Source: Planctomycetota bacterium (lineage in GTDB: Bacteria > Planctomycetota > UBA1135 > UBA2386). From it: DNA of 64,000 nt. The stretch covers positions 22,974 through 86,973 of the forward strand of contig NYVR01000003.1 of the NCBI GenBank assembly GCA_002684655.1, given 5' to 3'. The notes beneath the pieces were generated by a model, which saw nothing but the letters and a program-made list of their open reading frames with translations, was not told the DNA's origin and made no database searches. The translations under genes were made by a program, and so were the position numbers. This document shows, in pieces, positions 59,229 to 64,000 of this stretch (position 1 is its first letter; each line of letters opens with the position of its first letter).

Positions 59229-59993
59229 TTAGGCGCCGTCTTGGAGCAACCGCGCGACGAGGCGGCCGGTCTTTTCGGACGCTTCCCACATGGGGTAGTG
59301 TCCTGGCCCCTCGATTACGTGAAGTTGCGCGCCCTGGATCTGGTCGACGACCGCGTCCTGAACGAACGCTGGCGGGAGGAATGGATCCGAGGTCGCGATG
59401 ACGTGTGTCGGCGCCCGCACCTCCGTAAGCCGTTCTTCGAAGCCGCCGCGCGTCCACGCGTCGAGCGATTCCTTGGTCGCGGTGTCGTCCACAGCGGCGG
59501 CCAAGTCTAGGAGCTGTTCGCAGGCGTCGGCGTCGAGCTTCAGGGTCGCCATACTCAGGATCGTGCGCTGCAGCGCTCGGTCACCGGCCGAGCTGGCGAA
59601 CAACGCCTGCGCTTCCTCTGGGAGCTGCATACCACGAGCCGGGACAGAGTTGAGCAGGATCATCTTTGTCACTAGGTCTGGTCGCTCGGCCGCGACGAGC
59701 TGCGCGATGGCGCCGCCCATGCTGAACCCGACGAGTGAAGCGCCGCCTATATGCTCAAGGATCGCGATCACGTCCTGCGCGTAGTCCTCTAGGCGATAGC
59801 TACCAGGGGCGTCAGAGCGGCCAGCGCCGCGCAGATCGGGGACGAAGACTGTGGCTACGTCGGAGAGTTGGTCGAGGATCGGCGCGAACACACCGCCTGT
59901 GGTCATCCATCCGTGGATCAGCAGCGCTCTCTCTGCTGCATCACCGTGTTCGTCGACGTGTAGTTCAAGGACGTCGGAGACTCTGATCTTCAT
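59229..59993 (-). CDS. Alpha/beta fold hydrolase
   Basis: LIHGW, DLRGAGRS, GFSMGG nucleophile elbow, D, GHY. Confidence 0.92.
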   Translation of the reverse strand: MKIRVSDVLELHVDEHGDAAERALLIHGWMTTGGVFAPILDQLSDVATVFVPDLRGAGRSDAPGSYRLEDYAQDVIAILEHIGGASLVGFSMGGAIAQLVAAERPDLVTKMILLNSVPARGMQLPEEAQALFASSAGDRALQRTILSMATLKLDADACEQLLDLAAAVDDTATKESLDAWTRGGFEERLTEVRAPTHVIATSDPFLPPAFVQDAVVDQIQGAQLHVIEGPGHYPMWEASEKTGRLVARLLQDGA

Positions 59994-60072
59994 TTCTAAG
60001 GTCCTGCTTCGTCATCCAGATAGAGATTCTTGAAGGGGTTGTTCTCGCGTTTGGACCGCGCGTCGCTGTTGT

Positions 60073-61830
60073 TCAATCCGATTCGAGCAGCTTGCTCACC
60101 GCTTCGGTAACGCTGCTCAGCGTGAAGGGCTTCTGCAGCAGCGGCGCACCTTCCGCGGCGCCGCGACGGACGACCTCGTCGTTGGCATATCCTGAGACAA
60201 ACAGCACTTTCACCGATGGCTTCACCTCTTGAACGTGCTTCGCCAGCTCTCCGCCGGTCATGCCCGGCATCACGACGTCGGTGACGAGCAGGTCGAGATC
60301 TAGACCTCCCTCTCTGACGTGATCGAGCGCCGCTTGCCCGTCTTCGGTGGCCACGACTGTATGTCCGGACGAGCGAAGCATCCGCACGAGGATGCGCCGG
60401 ACATCTGGGTTGTCTTCGGCGACAAGGATCGTCGCCTTGCGGTCGCGGGAGACAACTTGCTGCTCGGCCTCATCGGGTCGGTCGGTCTCCGCGCTGATAG
60501 GGAGGCGAACGCGGAACGTCGCGCCTTCTCCGATGGCGCTCTCCAGCGTGACGTCGCCGCCGCTCTGTCTCGCGATTCCATATACCGACGCCAAGCCCAG
60601 GCCGGTGCCCTTACCGACCTCTTTGGTCGTGAAGAAAGGGTCAAAGATATGGGCGGCCGTCTCCGCGTCGATGCCGACCCCGGTATCGGAGACCGCGAGC
60701 TGTGCCCACGGCTCCCCGTCGACGTCGACGTGTCCGGTGGTCAACGTCAGTCGACCGCCGAGCGGCATCGCGTCGCGGGCGTTTGTCGCCAGGTTCATCA
60801 GGACTTGCTCGAGTTGACCTGGGTCGGCTTTAACGAAGATCGGTTCGTGAGCGAAGGCGGTTTGCACATCGATGTCGGACCCGATCAGCCGCACAATCAT
60901 GTCCAGCGTGTCCTGAACGACGACGTTCAAATCGACGACCTGAACCTGCAGCACTTGTCTTCGAGAGAAGGCGAGCAGCTGTTGTGTGAGCTTGCTAGCA
61001 CGTTGCGCTGCGTGCTGGATCGCGTTGGCGGCTTCACGCGTGTCTTCCGGTGATCCGCCGCCGTCGAGCGTGTCGCTGTAGCCCATGATGACCGTCAACA
61101 GGTTGTTGAAGTCGTGCGCGATGCCGCCTGCGAGCCGACCTACCGCCTCAAGCTTCATCGCCTGTCGATACTGCGCCTCAAGCTGCTTGCGCTCTGTGAT
61201 GTCTTCGAGGATCGCCATCGCGCCGATCACTTCGCCTGAGGCGGAGTGGATAGGGGCTGTCGAGATGGCGATGTGGACTCTACGTCCGTCGCTGCGGTGA
61301 CGCTCTGCCTCGACGCCGTTGAAACCCTGGCCGTCAATGACGGTCTGGAAGAAGCCCTCGAAGCGCTCCCATTCGTCCTCTGGGACGAGCGGGTAGTGTC
61401 GACCAATGATATCGGTTGCTGGCCAACCGAAGATGCGCTCGCAGGCGGGGTTCCACATCGTGACCCGCATTTGCAGGTCGAGCGTTAGGATCGCCACCGG
61501 GGACGCGTTGACCAGCGGCTGAAGGATGCGGTCCTGATCTACGGTCAACGTGGGTCCCGATCCGACCGGCCTGACGACGTGTAGCGTTGCGCCTTCAGGC
61601 TGGTCGCTTCGTGAGATCTGCCACAACCGACCGTCTCGCTGAAAGGGTTCGGTCCGACCTAGGATCGTCGCGTCTTCGTCGAGCCATTCGAGCAAGGGCG
61701 CGCTCGCGAAGGTGCGCTGCCCCGACGAGTCGGTGTAGCACACGTAAACGTCGCCCTGTCCGAGCGCGCTGATCCAAGCCTCTGGGTTGGGACCCATCTC
61801 GCGAAAGCATAGCGTCCCCGTTACGCACAT
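60073..61830 (-). CDS. Cytoplasmic PAS-domain hybrid histidine kinase (CckA-like) with receiver domain
   Basis: PAS/PAC, AGGIAHDFNNLL H-box, NARDAM, DTGVG, FFTTK..GTGLGL, receiver TDVVMPG; start may be ATG 61797. Confidence 0.93.
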   Translation of the reverse strand: MCVTGTLCFREMGPNPEAWISALGQGDVYVCYTDSSGQRTFASAPLLEWLDEDATILGRTEPFQRDGRLWQISRSDQPEGATLHVVRPVGSGPTLTVDQDRILQPLVNASPVAILTLDLQMRVTMWNPACERIFGWPATDIIGRHYPLVPEDEWERFEGFFQTVIDGQGFNGVEAERHRSDGRRVHIAISTAPIHSASGEVIGAMAILEDITERKQLEAQYRQAMKLEAVGRLAGGIAHDFNNLLTVIMGYSDTLDGGGSPEDTREAANAIQHAAQRASKLTQQLLAFSRRQVLQVQVVDLNVVVQDTLDMIVRLIGSDIDVQTAFAHEPIFVKADPGQLEQVLMNLATNARDAMPLGGRLTLTTGHVDVDGEPWAQLAVSDTGVGIDAETAAHIFDPFFTTKEVGKGTGLGLASVYGIARQSGGDVTLESAIGEGATFRVRLPISAETDRPDEAEQQVVSRDRKATILVAEDNPDVRRILVRMLRSSGHTVVATEDGQAALDHVREGGLDLDLLVTDVVMPGMTGGELAKHVQEVKPSVKVLFVSGYANDEVVRRGAAEGAPLLQKPFTLSSVTEAVSKLLESD

Positions 61831-62359
61831 TTACGTATATCGGAGGCGCGCAGCGCGCCCGTTTTAGCTCGGCCAGTTCCTAACGGGTCCTGGTCGATGT
61901 TCGGGGCCGTGATCGGTTGACGTTCACGGCGGCTCTGCCAGTGGTCAATCTTCACGCTGAGTGACGAGCATCGCCTCGATCAAGGGCGGCATGCGGAGCC
62001 GCGCTGATGGCTCATGCTCTGTTGCTGGTCTGCTGTGTCGAAAGCGACGGCCGCCCTGTTCATTTTGGCAAGAAAGCATGAGTCAGCGCGCCCGTCGGGG
62101 GTCGTTGTTTGGACGCGTCTGGCATCTGGTGTGTGGGCCGCGAGGTGCGCGCGCGCCACCGTCAGAAAGCAGGCTGGGACACCGGCGTGCGGTGGCCGTC
62201 GCTTAGGCGCACGTTCGGTCCTGCGGCAGATATCGGAACGTCTTTAAATCTGATACTTGCGTCAAAGTATGCCGTCGCGGTGCATGCGCTAAGTCCAGAG
62301 GCAAAGGTGCGCGCGGCGCCGGTTCGAAGCCTCTGTGGGCAAAGTCTGCTCCAACCATT

Positions 62360-63145
62360 TTGCTCTTTGGCCGGGTGCTGAGGAAGATTCCCACATGCAG
62401 GTCTCGCTCTTCTCCGTTCGGGGCACCGCTCTGTCTGCGCTTTGCAGATCCATGCGATTCTGACAACGACGGCGTCTCCGGGCGCGCGGCGATCACAGCT
62501 GCGCTCGGCACGAACCAGCCGCAGATCTGCCGCTTCAACTGGAAAGGGATCGCCAGCTCTATCGGCGACCAGATCGCCTATGCGCTTAATCGAGACGTGG
62601 GCGTGACGACGTCGAGGTTCCCGATCCTCGACGTAGCCTCTGCACCGAGCCCGGTTGAGGTGTCGGATTCAGAGCTTGATCATTTGGTTCACTACAACGG
62701 GTCGCTCGGCGTCAACGCGCGCAGGCGCCTACCCGATGCGGACGCCGCAGCCGGTGCGCAGCTGTTCAGTCAGATGGGGTGTGCGGCTTGCCACGTTTCC
62801 CATATGACCACGGGCTTAAGTCAACCTTGGGCCGAAGTGCGCAGCCCGACGATACGGCCATTCACGGACTTGCTGCTGCACGACATGGGCGCCGGCCTGG
62901 CCGATAACATGGCGGTCGCCGGATCCGGTGCGAGCGCGAGCGAGTGGCGCACGACGCCGCTCTGGGGCGTCGGCATCAGCGCTGGCATTGACGGCCGAGA
63001 GGGCTATCTGCACGACGGCCGCGCCGCGACGACGGAAGAGGCCATCTTATGGTATGGCGGCGAGGCTGAGACCGCGAAGCAGGCGTTCCGGACGAGCCCC
63101 GCGGCTGACCGCGTCAAGCTGATCGCTTTCCTCAGGTCGCTCTAA
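62360..63145 (+). pseudogene. Truncated and degenerate di-heme oxidoreductase (DHOR/DUF1111) C-terminal half
   Basis: DGVSGR, CAACH, TDLLLHDMG, EWRTTPLWG and LHDGRA present; no signal peptide or first CxxCH; conserved WHGGE reads WYGGE. Confidence 0.65.
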
Positions 63146-63206
63146 CGGTGGCGGTCGCGGGCGTTGTTCCCACGGTGAGCGGTGCAGCCGGTATGCTGCA
63201 TTGCTC

Positions 63207-64000
63207 ATGAGGCACGTTGTTGCGACGATCCTGTTGTGCTGTGGACCTGTCGCAGCGCAGGCGCCCGCGAATTACTACAGCAGCGTAGTAACCACGTCTG
63301 GTCCGCTCCTGCGCGCGTCGCTGCACGACGTGATCGATGATCACACGCGGTATCCCTACACCTCTGGCGGCACCGACACGTGGGACATCCTAAAGATCGC
63401 GGACGAGGATCCGTCCAACAGCGGCAGGATCCTGGACATCTATCGCAACGCTTCTTACCCGAAGGCGACCGGCGGCAACCCCAACTACAACCGCGAGCAC
63501 CTCTGGCCCAACAGCTACGGCTTCCCATCAGACAGCGGCAGCAACTATCCGTACACGGACTGCCACAACTTGTTCCTTTGTGACATTGGCTACAACGGCC
63601 AGCGCGACCGAAAGCCGTTTGAAGCCGGCAACGCGTCCTGGGTGGAGCTCACGACGGTCAATAACCAGGGACAGGGCGGCGGCAGCGGTGTCTACCCAGG
63701 AAACTCGAACTGGCGGACCAGCAGCAACTCTCCGGGCGCGTTCGAGGTCTGGCCAGAAAGGCGCGGAGACGTCGCGCGGGCGTTGTTCTACATGGACGTC
63801 CGCTACGCAGGAGGAACGCACCAGAGCGGCGCCGCCGAGCCCGACCTGATCCTCACGGACAACGTCTCGCTGATCACGTCTAGCGCGACCGGGGGCAACC
63901 TGTCGGTGGCATACATGGGCAGACTGAGCACGCTGTTGCAGTGGCACGCCGCCGACCCGGTAGACGCGAGAGAGGTCGCGCGCAACGACGCGGTCTCCTC
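63207..64000 (+). CDS. Secreted endonuclease I family nuclease, 3'-truncated by window edge (not in the ORF track)
   Basis: Manual translation MRHVVATILLCCGPVAAQAPANYY...; NREHLWP, TDCHNL, RGDVARALFYMDVRY, LLQWHAADPVD..E..RND. Confidence 0.9.
   Translation, partial: MRHVVATILLCCGPVAAQAPANYYSSVVTTSGPLLRASLHDVIDDHTRYPYTSGGTDTWDILKIADEDPSNSGRILDIYRNASYPKATGGNPNYNREHLWPNSYGFPSDSGSNYPYTDCHNLFLCDIGYNGQRDRKPFEAGNASWVELTTVNNQGQGGGSGVYPGNSNWRTSSNSPGAFEVWPERRGDVARALFYMDVRYAGGTHQSGAAEPDLILTDNVSLITSSATGGNLSVAYMGRLSTLLQWHAADPVDAREVARNDAVS

Noticed and set aside
63380..63985. Short ORFs listed at the right end of the track
   Set aside because: Out-of-frame or antisense to the endonuclease I CDS that starts at 63207 and runs off the window.

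Overview
High-GC bacterial chromosomal window with about 59 CDSs and no recognisable rRNA, tRNA, CRISPR array or intact mobile element. The LPS/Kdo genes, beta-barrel proteins and HEAT/vWA-type secreted proteins point to a diderm, plausibly an uncultured Planctomycetota lineage (inference). Content in order: 3' part of gyrB; a stand-alone MshEN protein; a TatA/B subunit; ettA; a kdsD-kdsC-[993-aa LptC/LptA-like]-lptD operon; fmt-rsmB; a LeuA-family synthase divergent from lysC-lepB-CPBP-CBM9; an AT-hook basic protein; an 8-gene glutathione cluster (grx, yadGH-like ABC, cyanobacterial-type gshA, gshB, gloB, bolA, grxD); a free-standing ThrRS editing domain; pyrE with a MocA-like/nitroreductase fusion; two lipobox-bearing beta-barrels; MocR-pdxS-pdxT; aroB/aroA-aroK fusion/aroC; a split LruC-like pair; a PAS hybrid kinase with an alpha/beta hydrolase; a decayed di-heme oxidoreductase; and a secreted endonuclease I cut by the window end. 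The best candidates for undescribed biology are the single-chain giant LPS bridge protein, the mosaic glutathione/ABC cluster and the AROM-like aro arrangement. All family calls come from motif recognition by eye; no database search was run.
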